DNA from: Pecten maximus
Taxonomy: Eukaryota
Direction: 5' to 3'
NCBI RefSeq assembly: GCF_902652985.1
Contig: NC_047025.1
Coordinates: forward strand, 17,298,001 to 17,362,000
Length of the DNA: 64,000 nucleotides
Below, in pieces: positions 37,931 through 52,200 of the stretch. The notes beneath the pieces were generated by a model. That model saw only the letters and a list, made by a program, of their open reading frames with translations, was not told where the DNA came from and ran no database searches. Both the position numbers and the translations under genes were made by a program. Position 1 is the stretch's first letter. Each line of letters starts with the position of its first letter.

Positions 37931-39803
37931 TACAGGTGTATTAGTGTCTGTGTATTTAGTGTACAGGTGTAGTAATGTTTGTGTATTTAGTGTACAGGTG
38001 TAGTAGTGTCTGTATTTAGTGTACAGGTGTAGTAATGTTTGTGTATTTAGTGTACAGGTGTAGTAGTGTCTGTATTTAGTGTACAGGTGTAGTAGTGTCT
38101 GTATTTAGTGTACAGGTGTAGTAGTGTCTGTGTATTTAGTATACAGGTGTAGTAATGTCTGTATTTAGTGTTTGTGTATTTAGTGTACAGGTGTATACGT
38201 AGTAGTGTCTGTATTTAGTGTACAGGTGTAGTGGTGTTTGTGTATTGAGTGTACAGGTGTAGTAGTGTCTGTGTATTTAGTGTACAGGTGTAGTAATGTC
38301 TGTATTTAGTGTACAGGTGTAGTAGTGTCTGTATTTAGTGTACAGGTGTAGTAATGTCTGTATTTAGTGTACAGGTGTAGTAGTGTCTGTATTTAGTGTA
38401 TAGGTGTAGTAGTGTCTGTATTTAGTGTACAGGTGTAGTAGTGTCTGTGTATTTAGTGTACAGGTGTAGTAATGTCTGTATTTAGTGTACAGGTGTAGTA
38501 GTGTTTGTGTATTTAGTGTACAGGTGTAGTAGTATCTGTATTTAGTGTACAGGTGTAGTAGTGTCTGTATTTAGTGTACAGGTGTAGTAGTGTTTGTGTA
38601 TTTAGTGTACAGGTGTAGTAGTGCCTGTATTTAGTGTACAGGTGTAGTAGTGTCTGTATTTAGTGTACAGGTGTAGTAGTGTTTGTGTATTTAGTGTACA
38701 GGTGTAGTAATGTCTGTATTTAGTGTACAGGTGTATTAGTGTTTGTGTATTTAGTGTACAGGTGTATTAGTGTTTGTGTATTTAGTGTACAGGTGTAGTA
38801 GTGTCTGTATTTAGTGTACAGGTGTAGTAATGTCTGTATTTAGTGTACAGGTGTAGTAGTGTCTGTGTATTTAGTGTACAGGTGTAGTAGTGTCTGTATT
38901 TAGTGTACAGGTGTAGTAATGTCTGTATTTAGTGTACAGGTGTAGTAGTGTCTGTGTATTTAGTGTACAGGTGTAGTAGTGTCTGTATTTAGTGTACAGG
39001 TGTAGTAATGTCTGTATTTAGTGTACAGGTGTAGTAGTGTCTGTATTTAGTGTACAGGTGTAGTAATGTCTGTATTTAGTGTACAGGTGTAGTAATGTCT
39101 GTGTATTTAGTGTACAGGTGTAGTAGTGTCTGTGTATTTAGTGTACAGGTGTAGTAGTGTCTGTGTATTTAGTGTACAGGTGTAGTAGTGTCTGTATTTA
39201 GTGTACAGGTGTAGTAGTGTCTGTATTTAATGTACAGGTGTAGTAGTGTCTGTATTTAGTGTACAGGTGTAGTAGTGTCTGTGTATTTAGTGTACAGGTG
39301 TAGTAATGTCTGTATTTAGTGTACAGGTGTAGTAGTGTCTGTATTTAGTGTACAGGTGTAGTAATGTCTGTATTTAGTGTACAGGTGTAGTAGTGTCTGT
39401 GTATTTAATGTACATGTGTAGTAGTGTCTGTATTTAGTGTACAGGTGTAGTATTGTTTGTGTATTTAGTGTACAGGTGTAGTAATGTCTGTATTTAGTGT
39501 ACAGGTGTAGTAATGTCTGTATTTAGTGTACAGGTGTAGTAATGTCTGTATTTAATGTACAGGTGTAGTAGTGTTTGTGTATTTAGTGTACAGGTGTAGT
39601 AATGTCTGTATTTAGTGTACAGGTGTAGTAATGTCTGTATTTAGTGTACAGGTGTAGTAATGTCTGTATTTAGTGTACAGGTGTAGTAGTGTGTGTATTT
39701 AGTGTACAGGTGTAGTAGTGTTTGTGTATTTAGTGTACAGGTGTAGTAGTGTCTGTATTTAGTGTACAGGTGTAGTAGTGTTTATGTATTCAGTGTACAG
39801 GTG
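37931..39803. repeat. 29/31-bp satellite (GTATTTAGTGTACAGGTGTAGTAGTGTCT), about 60 copies
   Basis: Visible homogeneous array downstream of the TPX2 stop. Confidence 0.97.
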
Positions 39804-40246
39804 TTGTATATAGTATCGTTTTGATGTAGATATAAAAAGGCATATTTTAATTGCATTTCCCCATTGGTTAATGTTACTTTGAATGAATACATTATTTACA
39901 GAACTAGAATCCTCATACATAGCTACCTTATTGATGACTTCCATCCACTTTTACATTTACCATAGCTGTTATAACAAAAGGTAAACCACTTCATTTTGGT
40001 CACACTGATTTCGTGTTAATCACTAGAATCATTACAAATTTAAATTGTCTCCAAACAACATCCTCCTCACAATAGCAAAGTCAAACATACACAAATGAAT
40101 CCTACAGGTGTTATTTATGAAACTGTGTACACAGTGAAAATAAAGTACTTTATAGCCGATTACTGCCTATCTGGTAGCATGATAATTTGATTTTAACAAT
40201 GCTTGGTCAAACCATAATGGCTTCACCATATATATATGTAACCTTA

Positions 40247-43200
40247 TCACACACGGACACTGCTACGCAGGCGACTGTCTGTGGATAATTTGGGCGACAT
40301 TGGAACTGTTACTGGTCTTTCACTTGGTAAAACTTCCACAGTCTTAAAACGTTTCACAGGTTGAGATTTGGGCACCATTTCTGCTCTTAGTTTTGCAATT
40401 GCGAGTTTTTCTTGTTCCTCCTGTCGTCTTTCCCGTTGACGTTTCAATGCTTCGGCCTCTGCCTCTTGGGCTTTCCTTCGTTGATCATATGCTTCTCGTG
40501 TTTTGGATCTCTTGTCTGTGTTTAATTCAAAGTCATTGACATCTGTCAAGCAGGAAAAAAAAAGATTTTCTTATTTCAATGTTTAAATGAAACAACAAAA
40601 GACACATCTTGGGAATAAGAAACATGTGATATTATGACAAATGAGAAGCTGAACTTTGGCAGTATTACATACAGGAGTATACTTCACAAGGAGAGATGTC
40701 AGCTTGTTATCATATGACCTGAAGTCAGTATTACATATAGGATTATACTTTACAAGGAGAGATGTCAGCTTGTTATCATATGACCTGTAGTCAGTATTGC
40801 ATACAGGAGTATACTTGACAAGGAGAGATGTCAGCTTGTTATCCTATGACCTGTAGTCAGTATTACATACAGGATTATACTTCACAAGGAGAGATGTCAG
40901 CTTGTTATCCTATGACCTGTAGTCAGTATTACATACAGGATTATACTTCATAAGGAGAGATGTCAGCTTGTTATCCTATGACCTGTAGTCAGTATATTAC
41001 TGGTGTGTATCACATCTAATTTCCAATTATATTACCCCATCATATCAGCACTCATTGGTTATAGACAGAACATGATTCTGAAGGACCTGGACATGGTTAT
41101 GAAAATCAAGGTTTGCCTAGGACCTGGACATGGTTATGAAAATCAAGGTTTGCCTATGTATATTTGAATGTACAGTAATCACCTGTTAGGGGTTTGAGCG
41201 ACTTGGCTGGTATAAACGGTTTCTTTATCAGGACATCACTGCTGGTTGCCTTAAATGTAGCTTGTTCCCTCTGTTGTCGTAACTCCTCCTCAATCTGTAA
41301 TATATTATAATATAAACTCAGTAACCAAGTCTAATGAATGTATTCCAATACTCCATTCAACATTATCAGGAAATTCATTTTTTATTTTATCCTAAACAAG
41401 AATTTTCAGAAGACAACATACTTAGAGCAACAAGATTGAGTGGGTTGAAATACAGAATTAGTTGTTTAAAAGTAGGTCAAAGGTCAGTCAAGGTCAGCAG
41501 GTGTGCAAATATTGTACCAAGAGAATGGTCTTGTCACAAGGAACACACATGTCAACCGAAGCTGAGTCCTCATTAGTATTGACACAACTCTGTTTTATAA
41601 AAAAAATTCTAACCAAGCAAACCTCAGTAACAGATACAATATACTATGACCAACTACAGTCCATGGTGAGGCAATATTTAAGCAGTGAACACAGGAACAA
41701 AGTGATCTGACACTGAACACAAGGACTAAGTGAAAAAACAATAAACAAAAAGACAAAGTAAGTGATATAACAATGAACACAAGAACAAAGTGATAAACAA
41801 TGGGAAAAAATCTAACAATGGAAACAAGGACAAAGTGATTTAACAATGGACACAAGGACAAAGTGATTTAACAATGGACACAAGGACAAAGTGATACATC
41901 AATGGACACAAGGACAAAGTGATCTAACAATAGACACAAGGACAAAGTGATACATCAATGAACACAAGGACAAAGTGATATATCAATGGACACAAGGACA
42001 AAGTGATCTAACAATGGACACAAGGACAAAGTGATGTAACAATGAACACAAGGACAAAGTGATCTAACAATGAACACAAGGACAAAGTGATATAACAATG
42101 GACACAAGGACAAAGTGATATAACAATGGACACAAGGACAAAGTGATCTAACAATGGACACAAGGACAAAGTGATATATCAATGAACACAAGGACAAAGT
42201 GATATATCAATGGACACAAGGACAAAGTGATCTAACAATGAACACAACGACAAAGTGATATATCAATGGACACAAGGACAAAGTGATATATCAATGAACA
42301 CAAGGACAAAGTGATCTAACAATGAACACAAGGACAAAGTGATATATCAATGAACACAAGGACAAAGTGATATATCAATGAACACAAGGACAAAGTGATC
42401 TAACAATGAACACAAGGACAAAGTGATCTAACAATGGACACAAGGACAAAGTGATCTAACAATGGACACAAGGAAAAAGTGATCTAGCAATGGACACAAG
42501 GACAAAGTGATCTAACAATGGACACAAGGACAAAGTGATCTAACAATGGACACAAGGACAAAGTGATCTAACAATGAACACAAGGACAAAGTGATTTAAC
42601 AATGGACACAAGGACAAAGTGATATAACAATGGACACAAGGACAAAGTGATATATCAATGAATACAAGGACAAAGTGATCTAACAATGAACACAAGGACA
42701 AAGTGATCTAACAATAGACACAAGGACAAAGTGATATATCAATGAACACAGGGACAAAGTGATATATCAATGAACACAAGGACAAAGTGATCTAACAATG
42801 AACACAAGGACAAAGTGATATATCAATGGACACAAGGACAAAGTGATATATCAATGGACACAAGGACAAAGTGATATATCAATGGACACAAGGACAGTGA
42901 TATATCAATGAACACAAGGACAAAGTGATATATCAATGGACACGAGGACAAAGTGATATATCAATGGACACAAGGACAAAGTGATATATCAATGAACACA
43001 AGGACAAAGTGATATATCAATGGACACGAGGACAAAGTGATATATCAATGAACACAAGGACAAAGTGATATATCAATGAACACAAGGACAAAGTGATATA
43101 TCAATGGACACAAGGACAAAGTGATATATCAATGGACACAAGGACAAAGTGATATATCAATGGACACAAGGACAAAGTGATATATCAATGAACACAAGGA

Positions 43201-46200
43201 CAAAGTGATATATCAATGGACACAAGGGAAAGTGTCTAAAAACGAACATACTGCCATATTTTTAAGTTGGTGAAATAAACGCAAATAAATGAACATCAGA
43301 CCAAGAGACGTACATATACCTTACGACTCCATTCCTCTGCCCGCTTGGCTCCTCTACTGTCATTGTCAAAGTGGAAGGGTTGTGGCATAGTGGGCAGTTT
43401 TGTTTGTTTTTGGGGAAGTGTATCAAATGTCTGGCTGGGACATCCTTGAGCCTGAAATTCTCGTGCCTGAATTGAAAAAAATGCTATATTTATATTGGAA
43501 AAAAAAATTTTAAAAATAGTTTGGATAATACAAGAGTATAATGATGACATGAGTGATGTATTATGAAGATCAGGGGCTCGATACAAGCCTAAACATATGT
43601 TGGTGTGCTTCATTTCCACATTTCATACAAGTTGCAAAAGAAAACAGATGAACAATGCATTTTACTCTTTTCTCTTCCTCCAGTATTTCCTTGATTTTTT
43701 CTTCCTTCTTTACTTTAACACATTGATCCCTTTCCTCAAACGTAAAAGGCTCTGGAACTGTGCTCTTGTGACCTAGTTTTGGCTGGAACGGTACTCCTGC
43801 ATGAGGAATTGGGTTAGCCTTGACCTTCTGAGGTTCATTCTACAACAGAGCAAATTCTCACAATTACTGATCATATATTTAACTGATTCTTACATATTTA
43901 GATCAGAACCACAAACAAACTAAACAGAAGTTTTTATGTCCTTACTGCTCAACTATTATTTTCTTCAAAGCATACAACTCTCATTTTCTGCTATCATTGA
44001 AAGTTAATAAAAAAAGTAATGAATACAAACATTTCACATATAGTATGTAATTTTAGCACCAAAATTGTTGCCAAATCACGATCCAAGACCTAACAATTGA
44101 TGTTTCACAAAGTGTATAACAATTACAAGGGACAATTCAACAAACTGAAGAAATTGAAAATCAGTCAAATAACAAAACATTTTTGCTTTGACACGCACAT
44201 ACTTTTTTTTGCTTAAATTACATCAATTAAATTGAGATTTTATATAAAGATGGTACCTGAGACTCCTCCAACTCTGAAGTTATTCGTACTCGATTCTTCA
44301 AGGCAAATGCTGGTGATTTAGGAATCGTTCGGGCCAACACTTTAGCTGGTTTAATTCCCTGTAATTAATTGAACATGATGATTAGGGACTCCTTAATTGA
44401 TAGCAGTAAATGATAACATATATTTTATTTAATAATAGATGTAATCATTGAAGAAAGATATTAAAGGTAGCTTTTGTAGGTGTTGCATGTTGTGAAACTA
44501 TTAAAGAGTTGTCTCCCTTCTGATCAGGAAACTTGTTAAACAGCACATACATATTAGCTGTGCAAACATACCTTACAGAGAAAGTAAGAAAAATGTATCA
44601 TGATCGGTTTGTTTAAATAATTGATAAAACAGGATGGTGGAAAAAATAATTTACCTCAGAGTACCCAGGGTCAAATTGATATTTTGAGCACTTTAACTTT
44701 AACTCGAGGCCATGAACTGGTGTCCTTAAACTTATTCCTTGTGATTTGTGGCTGACCAAGTACTTGTCAGCAGTCTGATTTTAGAGACATAGCCATTTTA
44801 CCAAAACACGCCACAAACAATAGACTTGTGTAAGTGGTCTGTTGGGAAATAGGGCATTTTAATTATGTATCATATTACAATATTGCTTTGATAAATTAAA
44901 AGTAAAATGGTGTTATACTTTATGAAGCTGACAAGTTAATGAAGCCATTGCATGTTCTCACCACTGGGCCTTCTAGTATCTTTTTAGGTGCTGGTTTGGC
45001 GTGAAACTCATATTTCTCTTCTTCAGTAGAACTGTCTTGTGCACGCCTTTCGGCAGCAGTTAGGTGGAACTCCTCTGGATGTGTTAAAGGTTTTGATGGG
45101 ACTTTCCTCACACCTGTGTTTGGGTTCGTTAAGATCCTCTCATTCACAGGATGTGCTTTAAATTGATTCCTGATAATCAGAATCAATCAAATAATATAAT
45201 AATCTAAAGCACTTAACAAGATAATGTTTTTGTTAATGGAAGATAATTGGCCAATAGGTATTGATTTAGTTATATAAAGTCAACTTTGAAAATAACAAAC
45301 TTGGGAACACAAAGCAATATTTGAGACACGATTTGCACAATTATGTTTATTCAATATGTATTTCATTACTGACATAATGAATTGTGAATTAATAAAATTG
45401 CTATAAACAAAGTGGTTCCCTGCTACCGTACTTGTAGTAATGTGATTATCACTGTAAAATACAAATTACTCTTAGCTAGTCCAGAATTTTTTTCGTTTTG
45501 TTTTGTTAATTTGTTTGTTCTTATATCAAATATTTGATTCTGGAATAACAAACTTTAGAAATAGCGTTGTGTTTTTGGTAACCCATGTACTATCTTTGAC
45601 AACTACAGTCAAACTTTGATGTTTCGAAGTTCAGGGGACTAACAGAAAAACTTCGAAACAGCGGGACTTCGAATTATTCATGGTTGACAATAGATCGATG
45701 TTTTCTTGATAATGACCATATATGTTAACGTTACATGTCCTCAGTGTCTTCCTGTCGATTGTCAGGCTCACATCGAAAAGTTTAGTTAATTTATACCTCA
45801 AACACAACAAAATAAAAATACCTTTCATTAATTATACCTAAGCATTTTATTAATTAAACAAACTATGTATCGGTTATAAAACACTTATATCGCGTTTAAC
45901 AGATAAAGCATAAGAAGTACAATACACACTGACGTAAGTCGTTAGGCTTTTCTGCTAAAGACACGTGCGTTTACGTTATGTGCATATAAAATACGGAATG
46001 CTGATAGCTTGGAGAATGCATGATTGAATGACAAATAATCGATTTACTTGGATATTTATATATAAGTTTGAAACGTGACACTTTAAATGTGTTTAAAATT
46101 GGTCTGCTTGTTTTACAGTTCCGTAAAATTTACTCACCGACCGCTGGTTTCAATGGCGGCAGAGATTATCAGAGACGACTACCGAAATGTTTTACCGGAT

Positions 46201-49200
46201 CGATTAAATGTCATGGCTTCTAAATACACCTTTTATCTATCTGGTCTGATTATTAATTAACCCCATGATCGGGAGTGACAACACACGCTATCGTTATCCC
46301 TATTGTCAGTCAGGGCATTTGGGGGAGAGGTGTGAAATCTTGCCGCGGGGTCACGACAACACCTGTCCAGTGGTCAGTACAGGTATATTTTTGTTCGAAT
46401 CATGAAATGTCAATTACCTATAATATCATAGCTAACGGGCCATGAAAAAAGTTTGATACATCGAAAACTTCGATTTGTAAAAATTCGAATCATGCATAGG
46501 TTTGTTAGTAGCATTATATAGTAAGGAAATTCGGGACCAAGCAAAAAGTTTGATACAGCGAAAAATTTGAATCAACGAAGTTCGAATCATCGAGGTTTGA
46601 CTGTACATAGAACATAATTACTACGTTTGTTTGAAGGGGTCTAAATATCCCCACAATAGCAATGGTCATGATGACTGGTGTCTGGACGATACAAACAGCA
46701 TCTAGTTCTCATACAGCATCTAAGTTCTCAATAAACCATGAAGGCTGGTGATAGATATATATTACCTTTCAAGATGTTCCAGGAAATGTACTTTTTATGT
46801 CATCTGGTAAACCTCCAAAATATCATAACTGAAATAACTCTTATCAATTCTTTTAATGAAGAATTAGCACAGGCATAATTCAATGTCGGGGCTGTTCAAC
46901 CTACTTTTTCATTTCCTGAACTTCCACCTCCTCCCTTCTCCTGTTGGGAAATTATGTGGTATGATCGGGTCCTTCCTCGTGTCTCAAACTGTGGAGTTTT
47001 TGGCATTGTTAGTTTGTTCGGGGATTTTGATCTTCCTCTTTTTTCTTCACCTATTAGGAAAACAGAACACAACTATCATACATTTGGCAATACTTTCTAA
47101 TAAGCTGATTCATCTTTTTTTTTTATTTTTCATCGCTAAAAAACAAAACATTTTAAGAGTAAGTTGAGTGTCCATGAAAATGGTTAAAACTAAGATTTAG
47201 AGATTCAGCCAAAGATTTCTCGGGCGATGAAACAGTTAATGGGCCAGGATTTCCCTTAAAATCATAAACTTCTACTGTAGAAAAGTGTTTTCTGTTCACT
47301 ACTTGTCTTCTTCTAAATCTTGTGTATCATTTTCAACCTGTAAATTGGGTGGTGTGCATTGTTGGTTGTTGCCTGGCAACTGTAAGCCAAAATTTCACAA
47401 GTGAATATAAGTAATCTAGGATGATTTTACTTTAGTTATGTCTGACTATCCAATCAGTTATGTGTATAGAATTCAATACCTTTCCTGTGGTAATAAGTCC
47501 ATGATTTACCTGTATTCTCTATATGGATATAGACTCATTTGAGTTTTGCCGCGTCCCTTGACAGCAAGTTAAAATTATGATTAATTTTTGTGATAACAAA
47601 GCCATCTATAATTCAGCTAATGTAAACACGTTACCTGTATGTATCATACAATGGATGACAGCGAGATTATAGGGTTCATTAAACATGCTTCATTATGCTA
47701 TTAATTATCTTTGTCTGTTGCTGGTACATGTAGCTTACTAGTATGTACTATACATGCACTTACACTACTTTAGCAAATCCCCTGGCATCTGTACAGAATA
47801 GAATTATCAATATATTGGTAATATATGCTAAACGTCAAATTAAAACCACACATTTAGGAGAAATTGCCAAATTTTAATCCACCAAAATTTAACTTTTAGT
47901 TAAAATTTAAAATTTAGTTTTTATGGCCAAATTGCCAAATATCACGACCATGAGCACCCTCATTGGTTAGTTTTATTCATGGTCGTCAACATTGCCATTG
48001 ATTAGTAGATATACCTCTATCTGTACTGCCAATACGACCCCTGGATCTGAATCGCTCTGGTGTCTGCCTGTGGAAAGCCTTCACCTTTTCTGCCATACTC
48101 TGGAAGGTGTCAGCCTTCGACAGGTCCTCAATACTGCCAATCTTACGCTTCTTACAGTCTGTCAGTTTGAATGGTTTAGGGATGGTTGCACTCTTCTGAT
48201 TCATTGTTTGATGAGGCTAAAAACAAATTTCAACAATTCATTGATTAATACCGTGACAAATTATAAAATATAAATTAATCTTTCAGCACAAAACCTAGGC
48301 ATGAATCATAAAATCTTTAAAAATATTTCTAATTGAAATAAGGGATCAAGTAACAAGTTGGAGAAATATCCTTCCAGTACATCTGAAGAAATGGTGACAA
48401 CAAACTTCAACTGTCAAAATCCAAAATGGCCACATGTTGGTCCTAATGTTTTCTGAACAGTCTCATAATTCAATATGTACAGCTACTACAGACCATGAAT
48501 AATCTATATGAAAAATGTGAAAGATCCATGAAGAACTTTCTGATAAAAAGCAATAAAAAAACTCCAAATGTCAAACGTCAAATCTCAAAATGGCGTATGT
48601 CAATAATTTATTTTCAAATTTGGCATAAAAGTGGTCTTGCAAATGAAATTTGAGAAAGATCCATGAAGAGCTTTCCGAGGAATATAGCAATCGTAACTGT
48701 TAAAATTCAAAATAGCCAACAAGTGGCCTCATTGTTTTCCAATCAGTCACATAATGGAATATGCACAAGTGAGATCAAAGGGAACCTACAAATAAAAAAA
48801 AAAAGTGGAAAAAGATCTTTCTTTACTTCTCAAGACAGAGATAACAATGATTGTTGACGGACAGACGGATGGACGACACACCAGAGACAAATACCAATTT
48901 CAACAGCCCACCATGAAATGATGGTGGGTTTAAATCAGCAAAAACTAGAACTGTCGTCCAGGGACCAACTCATGCCCCTCTATGAGGTACTCATACCCCA
49001 CAAATGAGGTCATTTGTTGAATAATGAAATTTACTGTAGTCTTCTAACACAGGGTCAGGGTCAATTTAGCTTTCCGAAACAGGGAGGTAAATTATACATG
49101 TTATAGATTACGCACATCTACAATGTATAAAGGATTATTGCTGGTAAGTTTAGTTGAAATCCCATTACACTTATATGACATAGACTAATGTTAATTTGCA

Positions 49201-52200
49201 GTCCTTAAAACCCCTATAAACCAATTTTCAAAGAAATTAAACAATATCTTTATTTTGACCAATCAGAAGCTTCCATGTGGTTACTATGGCAGCCAATCCC
49301 ATACAGTTGAATTCGCAGTCCCCTAATACCCCTATATACAAATTTTCATCAAAATTGAATAATATTTGAAATTATCTTTATAATAATTACTATAATAGCA
49401 GCTGCTGAAATGCCCAATGACATAAATACCCAACAATTAATAACAAGTACTAACAGATGTCTTAGTTGTAGTGCTAGATCGAAGAGTTTCCACAAAGTCC
49501 CTGTCTTTGCTCTCACTGCGGGTCTCCATTGGGTGTGCAGATTTAATGCGACTGTCAGTCTGAAACTGGAATCCCTGAGGCTTAGTTGGTAATTTGGTGG
49601 CAACAACAGGTTGATTGGCTGAGCCTGTCATGGCTTTCTTGTACGACTCCTGGGCTAGCTTGCGTTTTTTAGCCAACTCATTTCTCATTAAAGCAATGGT
49701 TTCTAGTTCTCTCTCCTCTGCCTTCTTGTACTGCTCTCCATTTACTTTTGTTACAGGTTTCCTCCTTTAAATAAAGGACAATATACAACAATAAGAAATG
49801 CTACATGAATTACCTATAAATCACCATTAGAACATGGGGAATCGTTCATGGCTATTGTACCTGCACAATAACCTGTTTAACCACAAGTTATTCATAAAAG
49901 TCAGAGTGATTGGGAGTGACCCAGAGGGAGTACAACATTAGAAATACTGATTATTAATATTAGAACATCATATTTCGATAGTTATACGACCTGAACTTAC
50001 TTCATGAATGTTGGTGTGTTGGGAAATGTTAGCTTTGGCATCTTGGAAGCTGGAGCCGTATGGTCTTCCTTTGTATCAGAGCTATTTGAGTTCAACCTCT
50101 GGCGTGTTTGTCTGTCTGAGGAGTTGGCACGTCCAACAGATTGCCCACGTGAATGATTTCTTTTTAAGTTATTACTAGAATCAAAAGATGAACCTGATAT
50201 GTTGTTTAATGTTTGACTGGTAGACCTCTTCATGGAATTGGTTCTCTTCAAGGTATTGTTCGACTTTCCATCCAGTGAATTTGAAAGATTAGTGTTGTCT
50301 GCAGATCGCCTTAAAGAGCTTGATCGTTTCAGTGATGTTGACCTACCCCTCAGCTCTGGATTTTGAACAGACTTTGTTTCCTCCGCCCTGAAACATAAAC
50401 CTAATTGTGAAGCTATCACAAGTTGTAGTAAATCAACCACAAACTTACTGATAAAAACTAAACAATATACCAATCTACCAACAAGTAATTAAGGGTACTA
50501 GTTGAATCTGTTTCAAGTTTAATAAATATTGGTAGGGAATTCAAATCACTGATACTGTATTGGCCTACCCATTTGTTAGTTGTAATAGTCAGTGTTATTT
50601 ACACACCGATACTGTATTGGCCTACCCATTTGTTAGTTGTAATAGTCAGTGTTATCTACACTGATACTCTATTTGCCTACCCATTTGTTAGTTGTAATAG
50701 TCAGTGTTATTTACACTGATACTGTATTGGCCTACCCATTTGTTAGTTGTAATAGTCAGTGTTATTTACACACCGATACTGTATTGGCCTACCCATTTGT
50801 TAGTTGTAATAGTCAGTGTTATTTACACTGATACTGTATTGGCCTACCCATTTGTTAGTTGTAATAGTCAGTGTTATTTACACTGATACTGTATTTGCCT
50901 ACCCATTTGTTAGTTGTAATAGTCAGTGTTATTTACACTGATACTGTATTGGCCTACCCATTTGTTAGTTGTAATAGTCAGTGCTATTTACACTGATACT
51001 GTATTTGCCTACCCATTTGTTAGTTGTAATAGTCAGTGTTATTTACACTGATACTGTATTGGCCTACCCATTTGTTAGTTGTAATAGTCAGTGTTATTTA
51101 CACACCGATACTGTATTGGCCTACCCATTTGTTAGTTGTAATAGTCAGTGTTATTTACACTCTGATACTCTATTTGCCTACCCATTTGTTGGTTGTAATA
51201 GTCAGTGTTATTTACACTCTGATACTCTATTTGCCTACCCATTTGTTAGTTGTAATAGTCAGTGTTATTTACACTGATACTGTATTTGCCTACCCATTTG
51301 TTAGTTGTAATAGTCAGTGTTATTTACACTGATACTGTATTGGCCTACCCATTTGTTAGTTGTAATAGTCAGTGTTATTTACACTCTGATACTCTATTTG
51401 CCTACCCATTTGTTGGTTGTTTCCTGATTCTAGCTGGTTGAGATTTGGTGTTGTTCTTTGAAGTCTGTGATGGTTCCTTCTTGCCCTTTGTCCTCCATTG
51501 AGCCAGATCAGTACATATGTTTTTGGTAACTACTGGTTCAGATGTGGCAGTAGTATTCTCTGATTTATGAAATAAAGTTTCAGTTGGACTGAATATCTGG
51601 TATTTAACAACTTAATACTATTAAATATAGTTTTTGATAAAATTTTAATTGCACTAATTTAATACATGTTTTCTATGCCAAAGATATTTATAACTTCACT
51701 ATATATACAAATTCACAGGTCAAGCCATAGTACTTCAAGAGTATACATACTTCTCCAGGCTGGTGCATGTTTTGATACTACCTTCAACACACTAGCAAGT
51801 AAAATTCTATTTTCTCATAAGAAAATATGTAAAAATAAAGATAAATCAGATTGACAAGATTATACATCTAATTTAACAGATTGAAATACTTACCATCAAT
51901 TAAATTGCGGTTGTATAAAACTTAGCAGAATCACATCGAATTACCCAAATAAAATTATCAATATAATAAAATTGCTTTTAGTATTAACTTCAACAAGAAT
52001 ATGTACAAAAATGTACTTGAAATTTGTGATTTACCATACAATCGTGTACTTGACAAAATTATAAGCATAATGACTAATAATAGGCAGGGACTGTGATCAA
52101 GGTAACCCTCAGAATGATATTCAAACTTTTTATATCGGAATTCCACCTGGGAACAGAGAGACCTCCATGTCTCCGCTATAGACAGTACAGTAAGAAAGTA

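Noticed and set aside
29045-43227. CRISPR-like appearance of the 28-34 bp arrays
   Set aside because: Units are head-to-tail with no unique spacers, there are no cas genes, and the context is eukaryotic.
41750-43227. CACAA(A)GGACAA core shared with the 2890-3339 array
   Set aside because: The match is short and low in complexity, the rest of the units differ, and the first array is explained by its own junction.
47300-47379. Possible extra TPX2 exon after a CTTACAG acceptor
   Set aside because: It has an in-frame stop in the required phase, and exon 48015 joins 47050 in frame without it.
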